Part shown: one piece after another, positions 17,487 through 28,453 of the stretch
Layout: every line of letters starts with the position of its first letter
How positions within the stretch are numbered: the first letter of the stretch is position 1
Assembly (NCBI GenBank): GCA_963794635.1
Contig: CAWCET010000006.1
Span: forward strand, 392,469 to 456,468
DNA length: 64,000 bases
Source of the DNA: an uncultured Solirubrobacteraceae bacterium
GTDB taxonomy: Bacteria; Actinomycetota; Thermoleophilia; Solirubrobacterales; Solirubrobacteraceae
Direction: 5' to 3'
Notes under the pieces: model-generated
What the model saw: only the letters and a program-made list of their open reading frames with translations
The model's database searches: none
What the model was told of the DNA's origin: nothing
Translations under genes and position numbers: made by a program

Positions 17487-20400
17487 ATGGCCACCGACAC
17501 GACGACCCAGCAGATCGTGGACGTCGTGACCCCCGCGGCGGGAGAGTCGGTCACCGAGGGCACCATCCTCGAATGGCACGCCAAGGTCGGCGAGCAGATC
17601 AAGGTCGACGACACGATCGTCGAGATCTCCACCGACAAGGTCGATGTCGAGCTGCCGGCTCCCGCCTCCGGAACCGTCACGGAGATCCTCGTCGCCGAGG
17701 GCGACACCGTCACCGTCGGGCAGGTGATCGCGCGCATCGCCGTGGGCGATGGCGCCGCCCCGGCCGCCTCCGCGCCCGAGGGCAACGGCAACGGCTCCGC
17801 GCAGGCAGCCACGGCGCCCGCCGGGGGCAACGGCTCCGCATCCGCTCCGCCCGCCGGGGAGGCCCCCGCGCAGGGCACCGGTGTCGTGGACGTCCTCACC
17901 CCCGCCGCGGGCGAGTCCGTCAGCGAGGGCACGATCCTCGAATGGCACGCCAAGGTCGGCGACGAGATCAGGGCCAACGACACGATCGTCGAGATCTCCA
18001 CCGACAAGGTCGACCTCGAGCTGCCCTCCCCCGCGACCGGAACGGTCAGCGAGATCCTTGTAGCCGAGGGCGACACCGTCACCGTCGGGCAGGTCATCGC
18101 GCGCATCGCGCTGGGCGCGGGTGCCGCCCCGGCAGCCTCCGCGCCCGAGAGCGCGAACGGGGCCGACGAGAGCGCGCCGGCCACCCCCGCCCAGGCCCCC
18201 GAGGGGACGAGCGTCTCACCGGTCGCGGCGCGCGCCGCGGCGGCCGAGGGCGTAGACCTGGCGAGCGTCGAGGGCAGCGGTCGCGGAGGGCGCATCACGA
18301 AGTCCGACGTGCTCGGCGCGGCGAGCGGCAACGGCGCCGCTACCGCCGAGCCCTCGGCAGGCGACTCCGAAGCCCAGCCGATGCGGGGCGGGGCGGCCGC
18401 CCTCGCGCGCTACATGGAGCTCTCCCGCTCGATCCCGACTGCGACGAGCTTCAGGACCATGACCGTGACAGCGCTCGACGGCCGCCGCCAGCAGCTCAAG
18501 GCGGGTCCGCGCAAGGTCTCCTTCACCCATCTGATCGCCTACGCCATCGCCCGCGCCGCGGAGCAGATGCAGGTGATGACCAACCACTTCGAGGAGATCG
18601 ACGGCAAGCCGAACCGCATCGTCGACGGCCGCGTGAACCTCGGCCTCGCGGTCGACGTCGAGAAGAAGGACGGCTCGCGCACGCTGATGGTCCCCGTGAT
18701 CACCGACGCCGGCAAGCTCGGGTTCGACGCCTTCCTGGACGCATACGACGCGCTGGTCGAGAAGGCGCGCACGAACACGCTCACCGCGGACGACCTCGTC
18801 GGCGCGAACATCACGCTGACCAACCCCGGCGGGATCGGCACGATCGCGTCGGTCCCGAGGCTGATGACGGGGGCGGGCACGATCGTCGCCACCGGCTCGA
18901 TCGCCTACCCGCCCGGGCTCGCCGGCATCGGCGCGACGATCGGCGCGGAGAAGGTCATGACGATGACCTCGACCTACGACCACCGCGTGATCCAGGGCGC
19001 GGAGTCGGGCCGCTTCCTCGCGCTCGTCGAGGAGCACCTGCAGGGCGAGCACGGCTTCTACGAGGGTGTCTTCGAGGACCTCGGCGTGCAGCTCGGCGCC
19101 GCCCCGGCGCCGCCCGCACCCGCCGCCGCGGCCGCGGCCGCCGCGCAGTCGCCCGCCGCCGCGCCCGGGGGCGAGGAGATGCTCCAGGCCGTGCAGGCCG
19201 CGACCACGCTCGTCGGGCGCGTGCGCAGCCACGGCCACCTCGCCGCGCGCCTGGACCCGCTGGGCTCGGAACCCGAGGGCGAACCCGGCCTCGACCCGGA
19301 AGCGCTGGGTCTGACGCCCGAGCTGCAGGCGCGGATCCCGGCCCACCTCTTCCAGATGTACGTCCCCGGCGCGACGCTCGCCGATGCGCTGCCACACCTG
19401 CGCGAGACCTACTGCGGGACGATCGCGTATGAGATCGAGCACATCGCCTCGCACCGCCAGCGCGTGTGGCTGCGCGAGCACATCGAGTCCGGCTCCTTCC
19501 GCCACGAGCTGACCAACGACGAGCGCCGCGCACTGCTCAAGCGGCTCGTCGAGGTCGACGCCCTCGAGCGCTTCATGCACAAGGCCTACCTCGGCCAGCA
19601 CCAGTTCTCGATCGAGGGACTCGACATGACCGTGCCGATGCTGGACGAGCTGATCCAGCTCTCGGCGGCGCACGGCGGCCAGGAGGTCGTCGTGGGGATG
19701 GCCCACCGCGGCCGGCTGAACGTTCTCGCCCACAACCTCGGCCGCGCCTACGACACGATCTTCGCCGAGTTCGAGGGCGCCTCGACGCTGGAGGTCGTGA
19801 CGACGATCCCGCAGGGCGGCACCGGCGACGTCAAGTACCACCACGGCACGCAGGGCACCTACCAGCTGCCCGACGGGGACACGATCCGGGTGAACCTCGA
19901 GTCGAACCCGAGCCACCTCGAGTTCGTCTCCGCGGTCGTCGAGGGCGCGACCAGGGCCGCACAGACCTCGCGGCGCGGGCCCCACGCCCACCAGGACACG
20001 AACTCGGCGGTGCCGATCGTGATCCACGGCGACGCCTCGTTCCCCGGCCAGGGCGTGGTGCCGGAGACGCTGAACCTGCAGGCGCTCGACGGCTACAAGG
20101 TCGGCGGCACGGTCCACCTGATCATGAACAACCAGGTCGGCTTCACCACCGACCCCGACGACGCGCGCTCGACGCGCTGGGCCTCGGACCTCGCGAAGGG
20201 CTTCGACGTCCCGATCATCCACGTCAACGCCGACGACGTCGCGGCCTGCATCAGCGCCGTGCGGCTCGCCTTCGCCTTCCGTCAGGAGTTCGGCCACGAC
20301 GTCCTGATCGACCTGATCGGCTACCGGCGCTTCGGGCACAACGAGTCCGACGAGCCCGCCTACACCCAGCCCGAGATCTACGCCAAGATCAAGGCCCAGA

Positions 20401-21824
20401 AGCGCGTCGCGGAGATCTGGGGCGAACGGCTCGTGGCTGACGGCGTCGTCACCCAGGAGGAGGTCGAGAAGCAGGCCCAGGAGGTCTGGGACAACCTCAC
20501 GCTCCTGCACCAGCGGCTGAAGTCGAAGATCGCGGAGGTCGCCGAGCACGGTGGCGAGCACTCGACAGGCGAGTACCAGCTGGACCGCTCGCCGAGCCCC
20601 GACGTCGAGACCGCCGTTCCCGCCGCGCGGCTGCACGAGCTGGGCGAGCAGCTCCTGCGCGTTCCGGAGGGCTTCACCGTGCACCCGAAGCTCGTCAAAC
20701 AGCTCGACCGCCGCCGCGAGGCGCTCGCGGCGGGCGCCGGCGAGCACCAGATCGACTGGGCACACGCCGAGGCGCTCGCGTTCGCGTCGCTGCTCACCGA
20801 AGGGACGCCGCTGCGGCTCACCGGCCAGGACACCGAGCGCGGCACGTTCAGCCAGCGCCACATGGTCCTTCACGACGCCAAGACGGGCCAGACCGTCTGC
20901 CCGATCCAGAACCTGCCCGACGCGCTCGCGCCGCTGGAGCTCCACAACAGCCCCCTCTCCGAGCTCGCCTGCATGGGCTTCGAGTACGGCTACAGCCAGG
21001 AGGCACCGGAGACACTCGTGCTCTGGGAGGCCCAGTTCGGCGACTTCGTCAATGGCGCGCAGGTGATCGTCGACCAGTTCATCGTCTCCGGCCTGGCGAA
21101 GTGGGGGCAGACCTCACGGCTGACGCTGCTGCTGCCGCACGGCTACGAGGGCTCGGGCCCCGAGCACAGCTCGGCCCGCCTCGAGCGCTTCCTCGCGCTG
21201 GCCGCCGAGGGAAACATCCGCGTCGCGAGCCCGACGACGCCGGCCCAGTACTTCCACCTGCTCCGCCGCCAGGCCAAGATCGCCAAGCAGCGCCCGCTGA
21301 TCGTGATGACACCGAAGTCGCTGCTGCGCCTGCCGCAGGCGGCGAGCGCGATCACCGAGATGGCCGAGGGCACCCGCTTCGAACCGGTGCTCGCCGAGCC
21401 GGGCATCGACGACGCGCAGGTGACACGGCTCGTGCTCTGCACCGGCAAGATCTACTACGACCTGGTCGGCCACCCGGAGCGCGCGTCGCACACGAGCCTG
21501 GCGGTCGCACGGGTCGAGCTTCTCTACCCCTTCCCCGAAGGCCAGCTCCTGGCGCTGATGGCGCGCTACCCGAACCTCCGCGAGGTCCTCTGGGTCCAGG
21601 AGGAGCCCCGCAACATGGGCAGCCGCGCCTACATGTTCCCGAGGCTGATGCAGATCATGCCTCCGGAGATCCACTTCGGATACGTCGGACGGCCGGAGCG
21701 CGCGAGCCCGGGCGAGGGCTATCCCGCCGCCCACGCGGCCGAACAGAGCCGGATCGTCAGAACCGCCATCGACCTTCGCCAGCCGATCTCGCAGTACCCC
21801 CGCAAGACCCCGGGCGAGCGCTGA
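17487..21824 (+). CDS. kgd: multifunctional 2-oxoglutarate dehydrogenase: 2 lipoyl domains + E3-binding domain + E2o-like acyltransferase domain + E1o (Kgd/OdhA type)
   Basis: 1445 aa. Two ISTDKVD lipoyl-Lys motifs (K51, K174). PSBD-like VSPVAARAAAAEGVDLASVEGSGRGGRITKSDV. E2 catalytic DHRVIQGA at aa 498. E1o ThDP region HGDASFPGQGVV and a SucA-like C-terminus. Confidence 0.9.
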   Translation: MATDTTTQQIVDVVTPAAGESVTEGTILEWHAKVGEQIKVDDTIVEISTDKVDVELPAPASGTVTEILVAEGDTVTVGQVIARIAVGDGAAPAASAPEGNGNGSAQAATAPAGGNGSASAPPAGEAPAQGTGVVDVLTPAAGESVSEGTILEWHAKVGDEIRANDTIVEISTDKVDLELPSPATGTVSEILVAEGDTVTVGQVIARIALGAGAAPAASAPESANGADESAPATPAQAPEGTSVSPVAARAAAAEGVDLASVEGSGRGGRITKSDVLGAASGNGAATAEPSAGDSEAQPMRGGAAALARYMELSRSIPTATSFRTMTVTALDGRRQQLKAGPRKVSFTHLIAYAIARAAEQMQVMTNHFEEIDGKPNRIVDGRVNLGLAVDVEKKDGSRTLMVPVITDAGKLGFDAFLDAYDALVEKARTNTLTADDLVGANITLTNPGGIGTIASVPRLMTGAGTIVATGSIAYPPGLAGIGATIGAEKVMTMTSTYDHRVIQGAESGRFLALVEEHLQGEHGFYEGVFEDLGVQLGAAPAPPAPAAAAAAAAQSPAAAPGGEEMLQAVQAATTLVGRVRSHGHLAARLDPLGSEPEGEPGLDPEALGLTPELQARIPAHLFQMYVPGATLADALPHLRETYCGTIAYEIEHIASHRQRVWLREHIESGSFRHELTNDERRALLKRLVEVDALERFMHKAYLGQHQFSIEGLDMTVPMLDELIQLSAAHGGQEVVVGMAHRGRLNVLAHNLGRAYDTIFAEFEGASTLEVVTTIPQGGTGDVKYHHGTQGTYQLPDGDTIRVNLESNPSHLEFVSAVVEGATRAAQTSRRGPHAHQDTNSAVPIVIHGDASFPGQGVVPETLNLQALDGYKVGGTVHLIMNNQVGFTTDPDDARSTRWASDLAKGFDVPIIHVNADDVAACISAVRLAFAFRQEFGHDVLIDLIGYRRFGHNESDEPAYTQPEIYAKIKAQKRVAEIWGERLVADGVVTQEEVEKQAQEVWDNLTLLHQRLKSKIAEVAEHGGEHSTGEYQLDRSPSPDVETAVPAARLHELGEQLLRVPEGFTVHPKLVKQLDRRREALAAGAGEHQIDWAHAEALAFASLLTEGTPLRLTGQDTERGTFSQRHMVLHDAKTGQTVCPIQNLPDALAPLELHNSPLSELACMGFEYGYSQEAPETLVLWEAQFGDFVNGAQVIVDQFIVSGLAKWGQTSRLTLLLPHGYEGSGPEHSSARLERFLALAAEGNIRVASPTTPAQYFHLLRRQAKIAKQRPLIVMTPKSLLRLPQAASAITEMAEGTRFEPVLAEPGIDDAQVTRLVLCTGKIYYDLVGHPERASHTSLAVARVELLYPFPEGQLLALMARYPNLREVLWVQEEPRNMGSRAYMFPRLMQIMPPEIHFGYVGRPERASPGEGYPAAHAAEQSRIVRTAIDLRQPISQYPRKTPGER
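17514..18149 (+). repeat. tandem duplication (369-nt period) encoding two lipoyl domains plus an Ala/Pro linker
   Basis: aa 10-98 and aa 133-221 are near-identical (IVDVVTPAAGESVTEGTILEWHAKVG... vs VVDVLTPAAGESVSEGTILEWHAKVG...). DNA similarity is visible, e.g. cgagatctccaccgacaaggtcga in both copies. Confidence 0.85.
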
Positions 21825-21895
21825 TGGGGGCCTTCTGGCGCCGCTTCAAGGCGATCATGGCGCAGCGCAAGCGCAAGAAGCGCGCGCGGGGCTGA
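21824..21895 (+). CDS. candidate 23-aa highly basic small ORF coupled to kgd
   Basis: The ATG overlaps the kgd stop (TGATG). Sequence is MGAFWRRFKAIMAQRKRKKRARG, and every codon ends in G/C. No homolog recognised. Confidence 0.3.
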   Translation: MGAFWRRFKAIMAQRKRKKRARG

Positions 21896-21939
21896 GCGCC
21901 CTCAGCTCGGGAGGCTCGTCACCGGGCCGCGGACAGGCG

Positions 21940-22728
21940 CTAGCGCCCTTTCCAGACCGGGTCGCGCTTCTCCTTGAAGGCGCTCGCACCCTCCTTGGCG
22001 TCCTCGGAGGCCATGACCGGCCCGGCGATCTCGCCCTGCTTGCCCCACATCTCCTCGGTGCTCCAGTCCCACTGCTCCTGAAGGATCTTCTTGGCCGCAC
22101 GCAGACCCAGCGGACCGTTCTTGGCCAGCGTCGCGGCCAGCTCCAGAGCGACGTCGACGGCCGTCCCGGGCTCGGCCAGGCGGTTGACGAGGCCCAGCTC
22201 GTGAAAGCGCTCGGCGGGGAACGGGTCGCCGGTCAGCGCCAGCTCCATCACGACGTGGTAGGGCATGCGGCGCGGCAGCCTCAGCAGCGCGCCGCCGGCG
22301 GCGACCAGCGAGCGCTTGACCTCGGGGATGCCGAGTTTCGCCCCCTGCGCGGCGACGATCAGGTCGCAGGCCAGCGCGATCTCCATGCCGCCGGCGACGG
22401 CGAAGCCCTCGATCGCCGCGATCAGCGGCTTCTCGGCCGCGCGCTGCGCGATCCCGGCGAAGCCGCGGTCCCCGTACCAGGGCGACTCGCCCTTCACGAA
22501 CGCACCGAGATCCATGCCGGCGCAGAAGAAGCCCCCGGTGCCGGTCAGCACCCCCACCGACAGCTCGTCGTCGGCGTCCAGCTCGTCGAGCGCCTTGCCC
22601 ACGCCTTCGGCGAGCGCGGCGTTGACCGCGTTGCGGACCTCGGGGCGGTTGAGGGTGATGAGGAGCACGTTGCCGCGCTTCTCGGTGAGGACGGCGGCCT
22701 GCTCGGCGGTCTCTGTGTCTGGGGTCAT
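21940..22728 (-). CDS. enoyl-CoA hydratase/isomerase (crotonase) family
   Basis: 262 aa from ATG 22728: LITLNRPEVRNA, FCAGMDL, GFAVAGGMEIALACDL. Confidence 0.85.
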   Translation of the reverse strand: MTPDTETAEQAAVLTEKRGNVLLITLNRPEVRNAVNAALAEGVGKALDELDADDELSVGVLTGTGGFFCAGMDLGAFVKGESPWYGDRGFAGIAQRAAEKPLIAAIEGFAVAGGMEIALACDLIVAAQGAKLGIPEVKRSLVAAGGALLRLPRRMPYHVVMELALTGDPFPAERFHELGLVNRLAEPGTAVDVALELAATLAKNGPLGLRAAKKILQEQWDWSTEEMWGKQGEIAGPVMASEDAKEGASAFKEKRDPVWKGR

Positions 22729-22864
22729 CGCGGCTCCTTGGATCTCGTTGCCGCGCGGAGCGTACAGACCACGACGTCTCCGGCGCCGGGCGCCCACGGC
22801 GTCAGCGGACCCCAGGTGCCGCGAGCAGGTGCAGCGCGTCGCGCCCGCGCCGCTCGGCGGACCG

Positions 22865-23551
22865 CTAGGCCCCGAACAGCGTCAGCTCGGGCTCGCGTTC
22901 GCCGCGCAGCACGGCGATGTCGACCTCGACGCAGTCGATCCCGCGCGACTCCGCCAGCACAACGGCCTGGGGCTTGATCGCCTGGGCGGCGAGCACGCCG
23001 CGGCAGCTCCCCATCGCCGGGTCCAGGCGGATGCGCTCCAGGTAGCGCGCGAGCTGCTCGACGGCGTCGATCGTTCCGATCCGCTTGATCTCCACCGCGA
23101 TCCACTCGTCCTCGTCGTCGCGGCACATCAGATCGACGGGGCCGATGTCGGTGGGCCACTCCCGCCGCACCAGCCGCAGGCCCTCCCCGCACCAGCCGGG
23201 GGCGTCGGCGAGCAGCTCCTGCAGTTCGCGCTCGACGCCCTCCTTCTCGAGCCCGAGCTCGGTGTCGAGCGCGTGCTCGGCGTCCGAGAGCACCTCTGCG
23301 ACCTCGATCTCGAGGCGGTCCTCACCCTTCAGCCGGCGCACGACGAGGCCGGTGAGCCGGCCGTCCTCGGCACGCTGCTCTTCGAGCACGTTCGGCGGCG
23401 TCATCCAGTTGAGCGGTTTGACGCCGCCGGCGTCGGCCCACACCATGAACGTCCCGTCGGGCCCGACCATCAGCAGCCGCACTGCCTCGGGCAGGACGGT
23501 GGAGAGCCGTCCTGCGTAGGCGACCTGGCAGCGGGCGACGATCAGGCGCAT
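22865..23551 (-). CDS. nucS: endonuclease NucS (EndoMS mismatch endonuclease)
   Basis: 228 aa: MRLIVARCQVAYAGRL...GPVDLMCRDDEDEWIAVEIKR...AVEQLARYLE. Typical NucS. Confidence 0.9.
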   Translation of the reverse strand: MRLIVARCQVAYAGRLSTVLPEAVRLLMVGPDGTFMVWADAGGVKPLNWMTPPNVLEEQRAEDGRLTGLVVRRLKGEDRLEIEVAEVLSDAEHALDTELGLEKEGVERELQELLADAPGWCGEGLRLVRREWPTDIGPVDLMCRDDEDEWIAVEIKRIGTIDAVEQLARYLERIRLDPAMGSCRGVLAAQAIKPQAVVLAESRGIDCVEVDIAVLRGEREPELTLFGA

Positions 23552-23589
23552 CGCGCGAACCTAGCGCGCGGAGCGGACCGCAGCAGGGC

Positions 23590-24048
23590 TCAGCTCGTCG
23601 CCCCGTCGGCGGGCGGCTCCGGCGTCTCCTGCTCCGAGGGCGGAGACGCCGCGGGCGCGGCGTCCGCCGACGTGGCGTCCGCCGGCGGCGCTTGCGCGGG
23701 CGAGATGTCCGCAGGCGCTGAGTCCGCAGGCGCGGTGCTCGCCGTCGCGGTGTCCGCGGGGGCGCTGTTCGTGGCCCCGGCGTCCGCGGGCGCCGTGTCC
23801 GCCGGCGGCACGACGTTCGTCGAAGCGGTGTTCGCAGCTGCCTGCACCGTCGCGGCCGCCGTCTCGGCCGTGGCAGAACCGTTCGAGGAGGCGTGGTGCT
23901 CGCCGTCTTCGCCGTCGGAGATCGACTCGCGGAACTCGCGGATCCCGTTGCCCAGCGCTTTCGCCAGTTCGGGCAGCCGCTTTGGACCCAGCACGAGCAG
24001 CGCGATGGCGCCCAGGAACAGCAGATGAACCGGATTCTCGATCCCCAT
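23590..24048 (-). CDS. tatA: twin-arginine translocase TatA/E with a long Ala/Pro/Asp-rich tail
   Basis: MGIENPVHLLFLGAIALLVLGPKRLPELAKALGNGIREFRESI, followed by a low-complexity tail of about 100 aa. Confidence 0.85.
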   Translation of the reverse strand: MGIENPVHLLFLGAIALLVLGPKRLPELAKALGNGIREFRESISDGEDGEHHASSNGSATAETAAATVQAAANTASTNVVPPADTAPADAGATNSAPADTATASTAPADSAPADISPAQAPPADATSADAAPAASPPSEQETPEPPADGATS

Positions 24049-24117
24049 CCTCAGATCAGGCTACCGCGCCGGGAGGGCGGGCGGGGAGCCCTCCGGACGT
24101 GCCCATACCCTCTGCCC

Positions 24118-24816
24118 GTGGCCTACGAAGCGCCGACGCCACCCCCGATCGCGCAGGGCCGGCGCCCGTACCCGCCGCCCGCGGCGCCCGAGCCGTTCTG
24201 GCCGGCCCAGATCGCGATCCTCGGCGCGATCGCTCTGCAGATCGCGCTGCCCGCGCGGCTCACCGTCGGGCCGTCGTGGCTGATCCCCGGGCTGGAGGGG
24301 GTGCTGCTGGTCGGGATGTTCTTCGCCACCCCGAAGGAGCTCGAGCACGAGCACCCGCGGCGGCGGCGCCTCGCGCTGAGCCTGATCGCGTTCGTGACCG
24401 CCGCCAACATCTACTCGCTCGGAGCGTTGACGCACTTCCTGCTGCACCACAACGTGGGCAACGGCCGCGAGCTGATCATCTCCGGGACGTTGATCTGGCT
24501 GACCAACTGGCTGATCTTCGGCCTCTGGTACTGGGAGCTCGACCGCGGCGGCCCGGGCAAGCGCGCGGCGGCGCACGACACCCCGCCCGACTTCCTGTTC
24601 CCGCAGATGGCCGACGACACGATCGAGCCCCGCGACTGGCGCCCGCGTTTCATCGACTACCTCTACGTCGCGCTCACAAACGCGACGGCCTTCTCGCCGA
24701 CCGACACGATGCCGCTGAGCGCGATGGCAAAGAGCATCATGGGCGTCCAGTCGGTCGTCTCGCTCGTGACGATCGGGCTGATCGTCTCGCGCGCCGTCAA
24801 CATCCTGGCCTCGTAG
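24118..24816 (+). CDS. membrane protein (DUF1345-like)
   Basis: Several TM segments and the motif FLFPQMADD...DYLYVALTNATAFSPTD. GTG 24118 chosen. The in-frame ATG 24025 would overlap the divergent tatA. Confidence 0.6.
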   Translation: MAYEAPTPPPIAQGRRPYPPPAAPEPFWPAQIAILGAIALQIALPARLTVGPSWLIPGLEGVLLVGMFFATPKELEHEHPRRRRLALSLIAFVTAANIYSLGALTHFLLHHNVGNGRELIISGTLIWLTNWLIFGLWYWELDRGGPGKRAAAHDTPPDFLFPQMADDTIEPRDWRPRFIDYLYVALTNATAFSPTDTMPLSAMAKSIMGVQSVVSLVTIGLIVSRAVNILAS

Positions 24817-24819
24817 GGC

Positions 24820-25878
24820 TCAGGCCTGCTGCGAGACCGGGCGCGGCTCGAGCGCGAGAGCCTGTGCGATCAGCGACGCGACCTCGCCGCCGGCGCCGAG
24901 CCTGCTCGCGCGCCGCAGGGCGTCGAGCGCCCCCTCGCGATCCATCAGCTCCAGGCGCAGCCTCCCGAGCCGCTCCCACGCGCCCGCGTCGGCGGGGCCG
25001 CGCTGGGCCGCGCGATCCGCGGCCTCCTCGGCGAGGTCGACCGCGCCCATGTCTTCGTAGATGCGCGCGGCGAAGCGATGCGCCGCCGGGCGCTCTCCGT
25101 CGGCCCGCGCCCAGTCGCGCACGGCTCGCGCTGCCGCGTCGAGCTTGCCCGCCTGCCAGAACGCCAGCGTCATCAGCCGCAGGACGGCGACGTTGCGGGG
25201 TTCGGCGTCGCGCGCGTAGATCAGCCGCTGGGCAGCCAGGTCGTACTCGCCTTCGGCCATCGCGCGCTGCGCGGCGATCAGAAAGCGCTCGACGCGCTCC
25301 TCGGCGGGGTCGGGCTTGGAGAAGTCGACGAATTTGAGGCTTCCGGCGGGCACCGTCCTGATCCCGTGCGCGAATTTCACGCGCGCCCACTGCTGCACCT
25401 CCTCGCCGCTCTCATCGTCGTTGGAGAAGTAGATGCCGGCGACCGTCCCGACCCCCCACTCCGGATAAGAGACGCAGCGGGCATAGCGGTGCACGACCGA
25501 GTGGTCGGGAACGCGCGCCCCGAACGGGTCGTGTTCGGCTTTCTCTTTGGCGGCGGCCCGAGCGCGCTGCTCGGCTTCGTAGGCGCGGCGTCCGGCCTCC
25601 TCGCGCTCGCGGCGCGCCGCCGCGGCGCTTACGCGGACCGCGTTTTTCGAGACCCTGCCGCCGCGCGAGCTTTCGGCGATGCGCTCGAGCTGGTCGGCGG
25701 CCTCGTTGATCGCCTTCAGGTGGCGCTCGTGCTCGAACTGACGCCCCGCCGGAGCCACGTCGGGGTGCCAGCGCTTGGCCATGCGGCGCCTGGCCAGCTG
25801 GACATCGCGCTTGTCGAACGGCGCCTCGAGCTCCAGCAGGAGCAGGTGCTGCTCGATGTCCAGGACCGTCGTGGGCAT
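24820..25878 (-). CDS. J-domain protein with a central DUF3553-like segment and TPR-like C-terminus
   Basis: J-domain HPD motif (RMAKRWHPDVAP...KAINEAADQL). No G/F or Zn-finger region. Helical TPR-like repeats at the C-terminus. Confidence 0.7.
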   Translation of the reverse strand: MPTTVLDIEQHLLLLELEAPFDKRDVQLARRRMAKRWHPDVAPAGRQFEHERHLKAINEAADQLERIAESSRGGRVSKNAVRVSAAAARREREEAGRRAYEAEQRARAAAKEKAEHDPFGARVPDHSVVHRYARCVSYPEWGVGTVAGIYFSNDDESGEEVQQWARVKFAHGIRTVPAGSLKFVDFSKPDPAEERVERFLIAAQRAMAEGEYDLAAQRLIYARDAEPRNVAVLRLMTLAFWQAGKLDAAARAVRDWARADGERPAAHRFAARIYEDMGAVDLAEEAADRAAQRGPADAGAWERLGRLRLELMDREGALDALRRASRLGAGGEVASLIAQALALEPRPVSQQA

Positions 25879-25925
25879 GACCCGACAACGTTAGCGACGA
25901 ACGCGACGTCCTATCCTGCGTGCCG

Positions 25926-27573
<1,648 letters not shown>

Positions 27574-27581
<8 letters not shown>

Positions 27582-28443
27582 GCCCGCGGAGGCCGGCGAG
27601 GCCGGCGAGACCGCCGCCCGCCCGTTCGAGCGCGACACCGCGGTCTCTCTGGTCGAGCACGACGGTGTCGGGGCGCGCTTGGAGGCGACGGTGGCCGACG
27701 GCTGGCGCGCGGGGCGCGGGCCGCACGGCGGCTACCTGGCGGCGATGCTGTTGCGCGCCCTGATCGAGACCGCTGCGGACGAACAGCGCGCGCCGCGCTC
27801 GCTGACGATCCACTACGCGCGCGCGCCGGAGCCCGGGCCGGTGGCGATCCGCACGGTGATCGAGCGCGCGGGGCGCTCGCTGAGCACGCTCTCAGCGCGG
27901 ATGGAGCAGGACGGGCGGCTGATGGCACTGGCGCTCGCGGCCTTCTCCGTGCCCTGGGAGGCGCCCGAGATCAACGACCTGCCGATGCCCGACGTGGAGG
28001 GCCCGGACGTGGAACGCAGGCCCGGAACGGCCGTGCAGTTCGGCGCGCCGCCCTTCACCGAGAATCTCGTCATGCAGCCGCGCTTCCAGGGGCGGCCGCT
28101 GACCGGGGAGCGCCGGCCGATGGAGCTCGGCGCGTGGGTCGGGCTCGCCGAGGAGCGCCCGATCGACGCGCTCTCGGTCGCCTTCTTCACCGACGCCCTG
28201 ATCCCGACCCCGTTCATGGCGACCGGCGCCCCCGCCGCGGCGCCGACGATCGACCTGACGATCCACTTCCGCCAGGCGCTCCCCCGCCCCCAGGACCGCG
28301 CTCCGAAGCAGCTCTGCTACGCGCAGATGTCCTCGAAGCTGCTCCAGGAAGGGTTCTTCGAGGAGGACGGCGTCGTCTGGGCGCCCGACGGGACGGTGCT
28401 CGCGCAGTCGCGCCAGCTCGCGCTGCTGATGCCCGTCGGTTAG
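27574..28443 (+). CDS. acyl-CoA thioesterase (TesB-like double hotdog)
   Basis: 289 aa from a GTG that overlaps the ettA end by 8 nt: [14 protein letters not shown]...SLTIHY....IDLTIHF. Confidence 0.7.
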
Positions 28444-28453
28444 GGTCCAGCGC

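Noticed and set aside
18216-20945. 909-aa minus-strand ORF antisense to kgd
   Set aside because: Shadow ORF. Its translation is dominated by Arg/Gly/Asp/Val runs, whereas the plus frame is an unmistakable Kgd.
24025-24117. Upstream ATG start (24025) for the DUF1345-like membrane protein
   Set aside because: It would overlap the divergent tatA coding region by 24 nt and add a non-hydrophobic, Arg/Pro-rich leader. GTG 24118 is more plausible but unproven.
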